This document shows positions 55,126-64,000 of a stretch of 64,000 bases of DNA, piece by piece. The stretch's first letter is position 1. Every line of letters begins with the position of its first letter. A program made the position numbers and the translations under genes. The notes beneath the pieces were generated by a model. That model did not search any database. It was not told the DNA's origin and was given only the letters and a program-made list of their open reading frames with translations. Source of the DNA: Treponemataceae bacterium (GTDB lineage: Bacteria > Spirochaetota > Spirochaetia > Treponematales > Rectinemataceae); assembly GCA_963667725.2 (NCBI GenBank), contig CAXXHO010000003.1:736001-800000 (forward strand), given 5' to 3'.

Positions 55126-57729
55126 ATGAACTACGAAAAATTCACGCTCAAGGCACAGGAAGCGGTTCGGGACGCTTCCGCCCTCGCTCAGTCCCGCGAC
55201 AACCCGAATGTCGAAGTCGAACATCTTCTCTATGCCCTCCTCACCCAGGAAGAAGGCGTCGTGCCCTCGCTTCTGGACCGCATCGGCGCCGACAAGGCGA
55301 CGGTGGAGAAGGGGACTGAAAACCTCCTCGCGAAGCTTCCAAAAGCATTCGGCGAAGCGGCCCAAGTCTACCTTTCCGGCGCGGCATCGAAAGCCCTGGC
55401 CAAGGCCGAGACCGAATCGGCAGCCCTCAAGGACGAGTATGTCGCCGCCGAGCATATCCTCCTGGGCATCATCGCCGTGGAAGGCGCCGCGGCATCCCTT
55501 CTCAAGGCGCAGGGCGTGACGAAGGAACGCATTCTTTCTGCTCTCCAGGCCGTGCGCGGCAACAGGCGCGTTACCGACCAGGATGCCGAGGAGAAATACA
55601 GGGTCCTGGAAAAATATACTCGCGATCTCACCGCCCTCGCGCGCGCCGACAAGCTGGATCCCGTCATCGGCCGCGACGAGGAAATCAGGCGCGTGATGCA
55701 GGTGCTCTCCAGGCGGACCAAGAACAACCCCGTCATCATAGGAGAGCCCGGCGTCGGCAAGACCGCCATCGTCGAAGGCTTGGCGCGGCGAATCATTTCG
55801 GGCGATGTCCCCGACAGCCTCAAGAACAAAACCCTGCTCGCCCTCGACCTCGGCTCCCTCATCGCCGGCGCCAAATTCAGGGGAGAATTCGAGGAAAGGC
55901 TCAAGGCCGTCATTGAGGAAATCCAGAAGTCCGACGGTAAGATCATCCTCTTCATCGACGAGCTGCACACCCTCGTGGGCGCCGGCGCGGCGGAGGGGGC
56001 CATGGACGCGTCCAACCTTCTCAAGCCGGCCCTCGCCCGAGGCGAGCTGAGGGCGATAGGCGCCACGACGCTGGACGAATACCGCAAGCATATCGAGAAG
56101 GACGCCGCCCTCGAGCGGCGATTCCAGCCGGTCTACTGCGCCGCCCCGAGCGTCGAGTCGACCATAGCCATTCTGCGCGGCCTCAAGGAGCGCTACGAAG
56201 TGCACCACGGCGTGAGGATTCGCGACGACGCCCTGATCGCGGCAGCCACGCTCTCCGACCGCTACATAACGAGTAGGTTCCTCCCCGACAAGGCCATAGA
56301 TCTCGTCGACGAAGCCGCCAGCCGCCTCAAGATGGAGATCGAGAGCCAGCCGACGGAGCTCGACGTCATCGAGCGCAAGCTGACCCAGTTCAAGATGGAG
56401 GAGCAGGCGCTCAGGAAGGAAGTGGATGCGGCATCCATGGAGCGCCGCTCCAAGCTGGACAAGGAGATTTCCGAGCTCACGGCGCAGCGCGACGCCATGC
56501 GTCTTCGCTGGGACAACGAAAAATCCAAGATCGGCGGCCTGAGGGACACGAAACAGAAAATCGAAGAGCTCAAGCTTGAAGCCGACAGGAAGGTTCGCGA
56601 AGGCGACCTGGCCGCGGCTTCCGAGATAAAGTACGGGCGCCTGATCGAAGCCCAGAAGAAGCTGGACGCCCTTTCGGCCGAGATGAAGTCGGGGGCTGGG
56701 GATCGCCGGCTCCTCCGCGAGGAAGTGTCGGAGGAGGATATCGCTCGCGTCGTGTCGGCATGGACCGGCATTCCCGTCTCGAAGATGATGTCGAGCGAGT
56801 CGCAGAAATACGTGGAACTCGAAGACAAGCTCAGGCTTCGCGTCATAGGCCAGGAGCCGGCCCTGTTGGCCGTGGCCGACGCTATACGAAGGAATCGGGC
56901 GGGTCTGTCGGATCCTCGCAAACCGCTGGGGTCTTTCCTCTTTCTCGGACCGACGGGCGTGGGCAAGACCGAACTCGCCAAGGCCCTGGCCGAATTCCTT
57001 TTCAACGACGAAAAAGCCCTCACGCGCATCGACATGAGCGAATACATGGAAAAACACGCCGTCTCGAGGCTGATCGGGGCTCCTCCCGGCTACGTCGGCT
57101 ACGAGGAAGGCGGACAGCTCACCGAAGCGGTGCGCAGGCGGCCTTATTCGGTCGTCCTTTTCGACGAGATCGAAAAAGCCCACCCCGAAGTGTTCAACGT
57201 ACTCCTTCAGACGCTCGACGACGGACGGCTTACCGACGGACAGGGCAGGGTGGTGGACTTCAGGAACACCATCATCATTATGACGAGCAATATAGGTTCG
57301 GAGCTTATCCTCGAGGCCGAGAGCATGGATGCTGTCCGCAAGGATATAGATTCCCTCCTGAAAGGGCATTTCAAGCCTGAGTTCCTCAACCGGATCGACG
57401 AAATCGTCCTCTTCGAAAGACTTTCCGAGGCGATGATCCGCTCGATAACGGACCTTAGGCTCGCCGAGCTCATCGGCCGACTGGCTGAAAGGTTCATAAC
57501 CCTCGAGATCAGCCCCGAGGCTCGCGATTACATCGCGGCCGAAGGCTACGACAGGCGGTTCGGCGCCCGGCCGCTCAAGAGGGCCATACAGTCCCTGCTC
57601 GAGAACCCTCTCGCCAGATCCCTTCTGTCGGGAGAAGTGAGGGAGGGCGACAAGGTGCTCGCCGGCGCTTCGGCCGGCGGACTCACGTTCACCGTGACGA
57701 GACCGGATGGCGACGATGCTTCCGAATAA
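55126..57729 (+). CDS. clpB: ATP-dependent chaperone ClpB
   Basis: Two AAA+ modules ([16 protein letters not shown]), long M-domain, [17 protein letters not shown]. Confidence 0.95.
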   Translation: MNYEKFTLKAQEAVRDASALAQSRDNPNVEVEHLLYALLTQEEGVVPSLLDRIGADKATVEKGTENLLAKLPKAFGEAAQVYLSGAASKALAKAETESAALKDEYVAAEHILLGIIAVEGAAASLLKAQGVTKERILSALQAVRGNRRVTDQDAEEKYRVLEKYTRDLTALARADKLDPVIGRDEEIRRVMQVLSRRTKNNPVIIGEPGVGKTAIVEGLARRIISGDVPDSLKNKTLLALDLGSLIAGAKFRGEFEERLKAVIEEIQKSDGKIILFIDELHTLVGAGAAEGAMDASNLLKPALARGELRAIGATTLDEYRKHIEKDAALERRFQPVYCAAPSVESTIAILRGLKERYEVHHGVRIRDDALIAAATLSDRYITSRFLPDKAIDLVDEAASRLKMEIESQPTELDVIERKLTQFKMEEQALRKEVDAASMERRSKLDKEISELTAQRDAMRLRWDNEKSKIGGLRDTKQKIEELKLEADRKVREGDLAAASEIKYGRLIEAQKKLDALSAEMKSGAGDRRLLREEVSEEDIARVVSAWTGIPVSKMMSSESQKYVELEDKLRLRVIGQEPALLAVADAIRRNRAGLSDPRKPLGSFLFLGPTGVGKTELAKALAEFLFNDEKALTRIDMSEYMEKHAVSRLIGAPPGYVGYEEGGQLTEAVRRRPYSVVLFDEIEKAHPEVFNVLLQTLDDGRLTDGQGRVVDFRNTIIIMTSNIGSELILEAESMDAVRKDIDSLLKGHFKPEFLNRIDEIVLFERLSEAMIRSITDLRLAELIGRLAERFITLEISPEARDYIAAEGYDRRFGARPLKRAIQSLLENPLARSLLSGEVREGDKVLAGASAGGLTFTVTRPDGDDASE

Positions 57730-58582
57730 GGGAAGCGTTCAGGCCCTGTACAGCGATTCCCATGCCCATCTGGGGATTGTCGAGTCGAGGCTCGGCGCCG
57801 AAGCGGTTGAAGCCTTGCTGACGGCATACGCAGGGGCTTGGGAATCGGAAATCCAGAACGGCCAGGAAGCCTCGGCGCCCTTCATCGTCGATATCGGCGT
57901 GAATTCCGGCGATCTGGTGCCTCGGCTTGAGCGTCTCGGGCGGTATCCCTTCGTCCAGTTTTCGGCCGGACTCTGGCCTGGCCGCGAGTCGCTCGAAAGA
58001 CCGGGCGAGGCTTTGGCCGCGTTGAGGGAAGACCTGCGGTCGCCCCGCTGCCGCGCCCTGGGCGAGTGCGGCCTCGACTATCATCACATGGATGCGCCGC
58101 GGGAAGACCAGATAAGGCTGTTCGAAGCCCAGGCATCCATGGCGGCCGAGCTGGGCCTTCCCCTCATCGTGCATTCCCGCGACGCCTTCGAGGACACGCT
58201 GGCCGTCGTGACAGAGGCGGCTTCGTCGGTCCCCGTCATCATTCACTGCTTTGGATACGGGGCTCGCGAAGCCGAAGATTTCCTGGAAGCCGGTTGCCTG
58301 CTTTCCTTTGCCGGAAACCTCACGTACAAGAAATCCGATGGACTCAGAAGCGCCCTTGTCCTCACCCCGCTGAATAAGCTGCTCATGGAAACCGATTCGC
58401 CCTACATGAATCCCATGCCGCATCGCGGGAAGGATGCCACGCCGCTCGATATCGGGCGGACGATAGGGCTGGCGGCGCGACTTAAGGAAATATCGGTGGA
58501 GGAATTATCGGCGGCGGCTCAGGCGAACGCCTTCAGAATATTCTCGGGAACGTGGCGCCGGAGCGAAGCGGAACCTTCCTGA
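57707..58582 (+). CDS. tatD: TatD family hydrolase/DNase
   Basis: DSHAH, GECGLDY, VHSR, IHCF, ETDSPY; exact start uncertain. Confidence 0.88.
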   Translation: MATMLPNKGSVQALYSDSHAHLGIVESRLGAEAVEALLTAYAGAWESEIQNGQEASAPFIVDIGVNSGDLVPRLERLGRYPFVQFSAGLWPGRESLERPGEALAALREDLRSPRCRALGECGLDYHHMDAPREDQIRLFEAQASMAAELGLPLIVHSRDAFEDTLAVVTEAASSVPVIIHCFGYGAREAEDFLEAGCLLSFAGNLTYKKSDGLRSALVLTPLNKLLMETDSPYMNPMPHRGKDATPLDIGRTIGLAARLKEISVEELSAAAQANAFRIFSGTWRRSEAEPS

Positions 58583-59744
58583 CCGCGTCGACGGGGTGGC
58601 CCTCGGCCAGCTTCTTTGCCGCCTCTATTGCCGCCCAGGCCAGGCTCGCCTCATCGCCCCAAATTACATACCTGTAAAGCCTTGGTTTTTGCCAGAACGC
58701 GGGCGGCTGCATGCCCCAGGAACTCTGGTCCGCCAGGAACATCGGGACTGCCTTGCCTGTCGCGGCAGGTTCCGCGAGCGAATCGGCAGCCGCCGATTCG
58801 GCGACGAAGGCGTCATCGATGGCCAGCACCACGACAGCCGCGCCCCCCGCCTCGTTTCCGTTGACGGAACCGCGCTCGACGGGAACTGCCGGCTTTATAA
58901 GTCCCAGGATCGCTTCCTTCGTCGCCCCTGTCGGATCCACGGCGAGAAGTTCCTTGTCGAGCAGCCTGACCTCGAGCCGTCCCTTGCCGATTTCGGCTTC
59001 GAAGGCGGCCACGAAAGCATCCAGCGCCGACCTTCCCCTCATGAAGTTTTCCTGGTAGACAATTCCGCAGTAGGCGGCATTCCCTTGTTTTCCGGAAATT
59101 TTCCTTAGATATCGGGCGGCCTTCCTGCCCATGGCGGAATAGGCGGCGTCGAAATCGTACTCGATGGCGTGGATTTTCGTCGCCGGATCGAGACTAAAAC
59201 CGGAGGCGAAGGGGACGACAAGCTGGGGCAGGGACGCGCGCCTGCCGCCCGCCGCGCGGGCGGCGCCAGCTGCGCGGGCGGCGCCAGCTGCGCTGGCGAG
59301 TCCGTACGCGGCCAAGGGGCTCGCGACAAGGGCTTTGGGCATGGTTTCGCCGTTTTTCATCCATTGCCCTATCGTTCTTTCCGCGGCGGTTTCGATGGCT
59401 GCCAGGGCAATCGGGGCTGAAGTCTCGATCGGTTCCGCTATCTTCCCTGGCTTCGCTCCCATTTCCGCTTCCATTCCCGATCCCGGTTTTGATCCGTCGG
59501 GAAGCCTGGCCAGTATTTCCGCGGCTTCGGGCAGCAGGACCGCGAAGGCTTCGTCCATGAAGCCCGCGACCCCGTCTTCGGGCTTCGGGACTGTCCGGTC
59601 GCCGCAGGAAAAGACAAGCATGAGGACAAGCATGCCGGCGAGCAAGTGGAGAAGCGGCGCGGCAAACCAGCGAACCGGCAACGCGGCGAGAAGCGAAAGC
59701 CCCCGCGGTTTCGCTCTTCGTTCCGCCCATACGCGTTGTTCCAT
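58533..59744 (-). CDS. Hypothetical lipoprotein
   Basis: Hydrophobic segment ending VFSC; GGAG SD; no family recognised. Confidence 0.5.
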   Translation of the reverse strand: MEQRVWAERRAKPRGLSLLAALPVRWFAAPLLHLLAGMLVLMLVFSCGDRTVPKPEDGVAGFMDEAFAVLLPEAAEILARLPDGSKPGSGMEAEMGAKPGKIAEPIETSAPIALAAIETAAERTIGQWMKNGETMPKALVASPLAAYGLASAAGAARAAGAARAAGGRRASLPQLVVPFASGFSLDPATKIHAIEYDFDAAYSAMGRKAARYLRKISGKQGNAAYCGIVYQENFMRGRSALDAFVAAFEAEIGKGRLEVRLLDKELLAVDPTGATKEAILGLIKPAVPVERGSVNGNEAGGAAVVVLAIDDAFVAESAAADSLAEPAATGKAVPMFLADQSSWGMQPPAFWQKPRLYRYVIWGDEASLAWAAIEAAKKLAEGHPVDAVRKVPLRSGATFPRIF

Positions 59745-59846
59745 GATTCTCCGCCCTCCGCCTGCTTGACGATCTATTGGTCTCTCCATAAGATTAGCAG
59801 GAATCGCGGGCGGAAAGAAGCATCACGCCCAATTTTCGGAGGTATC

Positions 59847-60845
59847 ATGACAAGCTATAAGGAACTTGGACTTTCCAACACCGTCGAGCTGTTCGCCAAG
59901 GCGGTAAAGGGCGGTTATGCCCTTCCCGCGTACAACTTCAACAATATGGAGCAGATGCAGGCCATAATCCAGGCATGCGTGGAGACGAAAAGCCCCGTCA
60001 TCATGCAGGTTTCTTCAGGCGCGCGCAAATACGCCGACTCCACCCTGCTGCGCAACATGGCTCGCGGCGCCGTGGAATACGCCAAGGAACTAGGCTACCC
60101 CATCCCCGTCGTCCTTCATCTCGACCATGGCGACACCTATGAACTCTGCGTCGACTGCATAGAAAACGGTTTTTCCTCCGTCATGATCGACGGATCCCAT
60201 CTGCCCTACGACGAGAACGTCGCCCTCACCAAAAAGGTCTGCGAATACGCCCATTCGCGCAAGGATTACGTGACGGTCGAGGGGGAACTCGGCGTTCTGG
60301 CCGGCGTCGAGGATGACGTTTCCTCCGAACACAGCAACTACACCCGCCCCGCCGAAGTCGAGGATTTCGTCAAGAAAACCGGCGTCGACAGCCTGGCGAT
60401 CTCGATCGGAACGAGCCACGGCAGGACGAAGTTCAAGCCCGAGCAGTGCACCAGAGGCGCTGACGGCGTTCTCATTCCGCCTCCCCTCCGCTTCGATATC
60501 CTCGAGGAAATCGAGAAGCGCATTCCCGGCTTCCCCATCGTTCTCCACGGTTCTTCCTCCGTTCCCCAGGAATATGTGAGGATGATCGAACAGTATGGCG
60601 GCAGGCTCAAGGATTCCGTAGGCATTCCCGAGGAACAGCTCCGCAAGGCCGCACGCAGCGCCGTGTGCAAGATCAATATCGACTCGGATGGACGTCTGGC
60701 CATGACAGCCCTCATCCGCAAGGTGCTCACGGAGAAACCGGACGAATTCGATCCCCGCAAGTACCTTGGACCGGCCCGCGACGAGCTCAAGAAGCTTTAT
60801 ATGCACAAGAACATAGAGGTTTTGGGATCGGCAGGAAAAGCCTGA
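59847..60845 (+). CDS. fba: Class II fructose-bisphosphate aldolase
   Basis: HLDHG, SSVMIDGSH, VEGELG, IGTSHG, VLHG.S, DPRKYL. Confidence 0.95.
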   Translation: MTSYKELGLSNTVELFAKAVKGGYALPAYNFNNMEQMQAIIQACVETKSPVIMQVSSGARKYADSTLLRNMARGAVEYAKELGYPIPVVLHLDHGDTYELCVDCIENGFSSVMIDGSHLPYDENVALTKKVCEYAHSRKDYVTVEGELGVLAGVEDDVSSEHSNYTRPAEVEDFVKKTGVDSLAISIGTSHGRTKFKPEQCTRGADGVLIPPPLRFDILEEIEKRIPGFPIVLHGSSSVPQEYVRMIEQYGGRLKDSVGIPEEQLRKAARSAVCKINIDSDGRLAMTALIRKVLTEKPDEFDPRKYLGPARDELKKLYMHKNIEVLGSAGKA

Positions 60846-61033
60846 GCCGTTTTTCGCCCTTTTGCGCGGCCTTTTTCGCGCATCGGGGCATTGCAGGTAT
60901 TTACCCGATTTGAAATTATATGGTAATATACGCGTCGCGCCTGTGCAGGTGACCAACCGCATGTGCAACAGGCGCGTAAACCCGTAGGCCGATCCCCGTA
61001 ACGGACGAACGGGTTTGCGCTAGAGGAGGTCAG

Positions 61034-61606
61034 TTGGCAGACAAGGATTTGCGGATCAATGAGCAGATTCGCGTGCGTGAAGTAAGGCTTATAGACGACA
61101 AGGGTGAACAGAGAGGCATCATTCCGACCCTCGAGGCGATCAAGATCGCCAGGGAGATCGGCCTGGACCTCGTCGAAGTGGCACCCCAGTCGGTTCCCCC
61201 CGTTTGTAAGTTGCTTAACTATGGCAAGTACAAGTTCGAGCAGGAAAAAAAGATCAAGGATACGAGGAAGCATACCAAGGCCGCGGAGCTCAAAGAAATC
61301 CGCATGCAGCCGAAGATTGCAGGCCACGACCTCGATTTCAAATCTGCCCATGTCAAGGAATTCCTTGAGCAGGGCAACAAGGTCAAGGTAACCATCAGGT
61401 TCCGCGGCCGCGAGCTTGCGCACACGGAGATTGGCGAACAGATCCTTAAAAAGATCCTAACCAAGCTGGAAGGTTACTATATCATGGAGAAGCTGCCCCT
61501 CATGGAAGGCCGATTCATGTCCATGGTGCTTCAGCCGAAAGCCTCCATCATCAAAAAGCAGGCTGTTTCGGATGAACCGACGCCCGAGATCAGCGAAGTT
61601 TTATGA
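61034..61606 (+). CDS. infC: Translation initiation factor IF-3
   Basis: [32 protein letters not shown] start after GAGGAGG. Confidence 0.95.
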   Translation: MADKDLRINEQIRVREVRLIDDKGEQRGIIPTLEAIKIAREIGLDLVEVAPQSVPPVCKLLNYGKYKFEQEKKIKDTRKHTKAAELKEIRMQPKIAGHDLDFKSAHVKEFLEQGNKVKVTIRFRGRELAHTEIGEQILKKILTKLEGYYIMEKLPLMEGRFMSMVLQPKASIIKKQAVSDEPTPEISEVL

Positions 61607-61629
61607 AACTACGAGAAGGACGGTAGATA

Positions 61630-61830
61630 ATGCCCAAGATGAAGACGAAGAAAGCCGCCAGCAAGCGGTTTACCCTTACCGCCAGCGGTAAGGTAAAATA
61701 CAAGAAAATGAATCTTCGCCATATTTTGACGAAAAAGAGTGCGAAGCGGAAGAGAAATCTGCGGAAGCCGGGTTTTGTCGCTGCTGGTCCGATGCACCAG
61801 ATCAAGAAAAAGCTTCTGCCCAACGGCTAG
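61630..61830 (+). CDS. rpmI: 50S ribosomal protein L35
   Basis: MPKMKTKK...KRF..T.SGK...HILTKKS.KRKR.L. Confidence 0.95.
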   Translation: MPKMKTKKAASKRFTLTASGKVKYKKMNLRHILTKKSAKRKRNLRKPGFVAAGPMHQIKKKLLPNG

Positions 61831-61854
61831 TTCGGGCTTAACAGGAGAAATGCA

Positions 61855-62214
61855 ATGTCAAGAGCAGTAGACGGCACCAAACGCAAAGATCACCGCAAGA
61901 AAATACTCAAGATAGCCAAAGGTTATTGGGGAAGACGCCATTCCAACTACAAGGTCGCGAAGGACGCTGTAGCGAAAGCTCTCTCCGACGCGTACAAGGA
62001 CAGGCGCGACAAGAAGGACGTGTTCAGGACTCTCTGGATCGCCCGTATCAATGCGGCCTGCAGGGCTCAGGATCTAACCTACAGCAGGTTCATCGAAGGC
62101 ATTAACAAGGCCGGCATAACGATGAACAGGAAAGTTCTCGCGGATCTCGCCATCACGGATCCGGCGGCTTTTTCCGCTATCGTCGAGCAGGCGAAAGCGG
62201 CCCTGAAGGTCTGA
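61855..62214 (+). CDS. rplT: 50S ribosomal protein L20
   Basis: AKGYWG, LWIARINA, YSRFI, NRKVLADLA. Confidence 0.95.
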   Translation: MSRAVDGTKRKDHRKKILKIAKGYWGRRHSNYKVAKDAVAKALSDAYKDRRDKKDVFRTLWIARINAACRAQDLTYSRFIEGINKAGITMNRKVLADLAITDPAAFSAIVEQAKAALKV

Positions 62215-62218
62215 GGCC

Positions 62219-62860
62219 ATGGTAAGTCTCGAGCAAATCCGCGCCCTCGAGGCGCGGGTTGAAAAAGCGGTTGTACTGATCGATAAGCTTCGCAGGGAAA
62301 ATGCCGAACTCGAGCAGCGTCTCATAGAAGCCTCAAGCTCCGAGGAGCAGGTCAAGGCAGCCTATTCAGAGCTCGAGAGTAAATCCGCGGCATCCATTCG
62401 AACCGCCTCTGATTCCGAGGCTTTGATCCAGGACCTCAACGCGCGTCTCGCGGCAGCGGAGGAAAGGGTCAGGACGGCCGAGGGAAGGGTCAAGGATGCC
62501 GAAGCCGAGAACGCTTCATACAGGGATCGAACCCTCGCGGCGGAGCGCAAGTCCGCCGATCTTGAATCCAAAGCGGAAGAACTTCAGAGAGAACAGTCAA
62601 GAATTGAGGAAGGACTGACGCATGCCCTCCAGAAGCTGGATGCCTTCGAGGATCTGGTGATGGGCATATCTGTCGGCAACGCCGATGCGGCCGTCGCCGA
62701 CGAAGCGTCAGCTACCGTGGAAGAAAAGGCGGAAACAGTCGACCAATCTCCAGCGGCCACCGAACCTCAGGAGTCGCCGTTTCTCGGCGCGTCGTTTCGA
62801 GGCGAGCAGCTCCCTGGCGATTCTTCACAGGGCGAGGAACATGAACTCGACATATTCTGA
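62219..62860 (+). CDS. Cell division coiled-coil protein (ZapB-like)
   Basis: LEQIRALE.RVEKAV heptad repeats; upstream of zapA. Confidence 0.65.
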   Translation: MVSLEQIRALEARVEKAVVLIDKLRRENAELEQRLIEASSSEEQVKAAYSELESKSAASIRTASDSEALIQDLNARLAAAEERVRTAEGRVKDAEAENASYRDRTLAAERKSADLESKAEELQREQSRIEEGLTHALQKLDAFEDLVMGISVGNADAAVADEASATVEEKAETVDQSPAATEPQESPFLGASFRGEQLPGDSSQGEEHELDIF

Positions 62861-62873
62861 GGAAGGCGGAAAA

Positions 62874-63164
62874 GTGCCATCCCAGATTATTCCCATTGAA
62901 GTGCTCGGCGTTTCCTTCACAATTCGCACCGATGAGGATCGAGCCTACATCGAAGGCCTGGTTTCGGAGCTTAAGGAAAGGCTTTCGGGCGTTTCCGGCC
63001 AGATGAAAATCGTGGATCCGCTCAAGCTGGCCCTCATTACGAACCTTCTGACTTTGGATGAAATGCGTCGCGGCGAGAATCAGAAAGCTTCCGCTTCCAG
63101 GGAATCCGAAGCGGCTTCGCTTCTCGACAGTCTGGATAAGCGTTTGGGTGAGCTTGGTCTGTAA
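62874..63164 (+). CDS. zapA: Cell division protein ZapA
   Basis: IEVLG.SF.I, D..YI, DPLKLAL; GTG 62874. Confidence 0.75.
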   Translation: MPSQIIPIEVLGVSFTIRTDEDRAYIEGLVSELKERLSGVSGQMKIVDPLKLALITNLLTLDEMRRGENQKASASRESEAASLLDSLDKRLGELGL

Positions 63165-63199
63165 TTGAAAGCGGACAGAATGGTCCATAGGAGCGAATA

Positions 63200-63394
63200 A
63201 TGATAATGCCTCTCGAACAACTGATAAATTACAATACCAACTCATACGAACTAGCCGTCGCCGTAAACAGGCGGGCATTCCAGCTGGCCGTGCTGAAGAC
63301 GCCCGAGGTCGAGAAAAACAACGGCAAGGTTGTATCCCTGGCAGCCCAGCAGGTTTTCGGCAAGCAGGTGGATTATCGGTTCATCAACGGTTAA
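63200..63394 (+). CDS. rpoZ: RNA polymerase omega subunit
   Basis: PLEQL, N.YEL.VA..RRA.QL, K.VSLA. Confidence 0.75.
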   Translation: MIMPLEQLINYNTNSYELAVAVNRRAFQLAVLKTPEVEKNNGKVVSLAAQQVFGKQVDYRFING

Positions 63395-64000
63395 GGTCAT
63401 TATCGTGACCGGCCCGACGGCATCGGGCAAAACAGAGCTCCTTGACAGCGTTTTTGGTCGGGGAGCTTTTTCGTTTTTCGCTTCCCTCGGGAAAATCCGG
63501 CCCGACAATGAAAACCTTCCTTCCGCCGCCGCCGTCATAAGCGCCGATTCCATGCAGGCGTACAGGGGGATGGATATAGGAACGGCCAAGCCAGAGGCCG
63601 AGCTCCTTTGCCGACTTCCCCATCATCTGATCGACATCAAGAATCCCGACGAACAGTATACGGCGGGAGAATTCGTCCGCCTGGCCGACGCCTTGTGCGT
63701 TTCCCTGGCCGAAAAGAATATCGTACCGGTAATTTCCGGCGGCACGGGCTTTTATCTGAAAAGCTTCGTCTGCGGAACGGGTACGGCTCCTCCCGCCGAC
63801 CCCGCCGTTAGGAAGGAAGTCGCGGGAGACCTGGAAAGGCTGGGGCCGGAGAAGCTCCGGCGCGAGCTTGCGGAAGCCGACCCGGCATCGGCCGCCCGGA
63901 TCAACGAACGCGATCTATATCGGTTGACGAGAGCGGTGGAAATTCTGAGGATGAGCGGGCAGCCGCCTTCCTATTTCGCTCCCTCCAGCGAGCCGCGCTC
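63372..64000 (+). CDS. miaA: tRNA dimethylallyltransferase, partial; start uncertain
   Basis: Manual translation: VIIVTGPTASGKT, ISADSMQAYRGMDIGTAKP, PHHLID, SGGTGFY. Confidence 0.9.
   Translation, partial: MIGSSTVKVIIVTGPTASGKTELLDSVFGRGAFSFFASLGKIRPDNENLPSAAAVISADSMQAYRGMDIGTAKPEAELLCRLPHHLIDIKNPDEQYTAGEFVRLADALCVSLAEKNIVPVISGGTGFYLKSFVCGTGTAPPADPAVRKEVAGDLERLGPEKLRRELAEADPASAARINERDLYRLTRAVEILRMSGQPPSYFAPSSEPR

Noticed and set aside
55027..57369. 780-aa minus-strand ORF
   Set aside because: Antisense shadow of clpB

Overview
GC-rich bacterial chromosome segment. Gene content and order (zapB-zapA-rpoZ-miaA after infC-rpmI-rplT, parE/parC type, pcnB) suggest a free-living anaerobic spirochaete; this is an inference, not a database result. 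Most of the window is housekeeping: topoisomerase IV, purA/guaA, clpB, fba, lipoate genes, tsaBE, pcnB, a ribosomal cluster and two tRNAs. Accessory blocks: (i) a DUF6305/DctM/deacylase/C69 peptidase/pgsB-pgsC-pgsW poly-gamma-glutamate locus (1-8020); (ii) an ECF-PanT-coaX operon; (iii) an hfs-type sensory plus group B [FeFe]-hydrogenase operon; (iv) a histidine kinase/HD-GYP pair. The best candidate for an undescribed system is the four-gene operon at 12376-17015. There, a signal-peptide, single-TM membrane protein ends in a (C-H-x-A)n tail of nine CxxX units and is translationally coupled to a radical SAM/SPASM enzyme with a PqqD-like N-terminus. This looks like a RiPP-type core peptide fused to a large membrane protein. 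Other notable points: at least seven apparently leaderless genes, a GH57 enzyme whose nucleophile reads Gln, a CTG/ATT-start tsaE, REP-like hairpin repeats after tRNA-Asn and a structured infC leader. Family names are assigned by motif recognition only.
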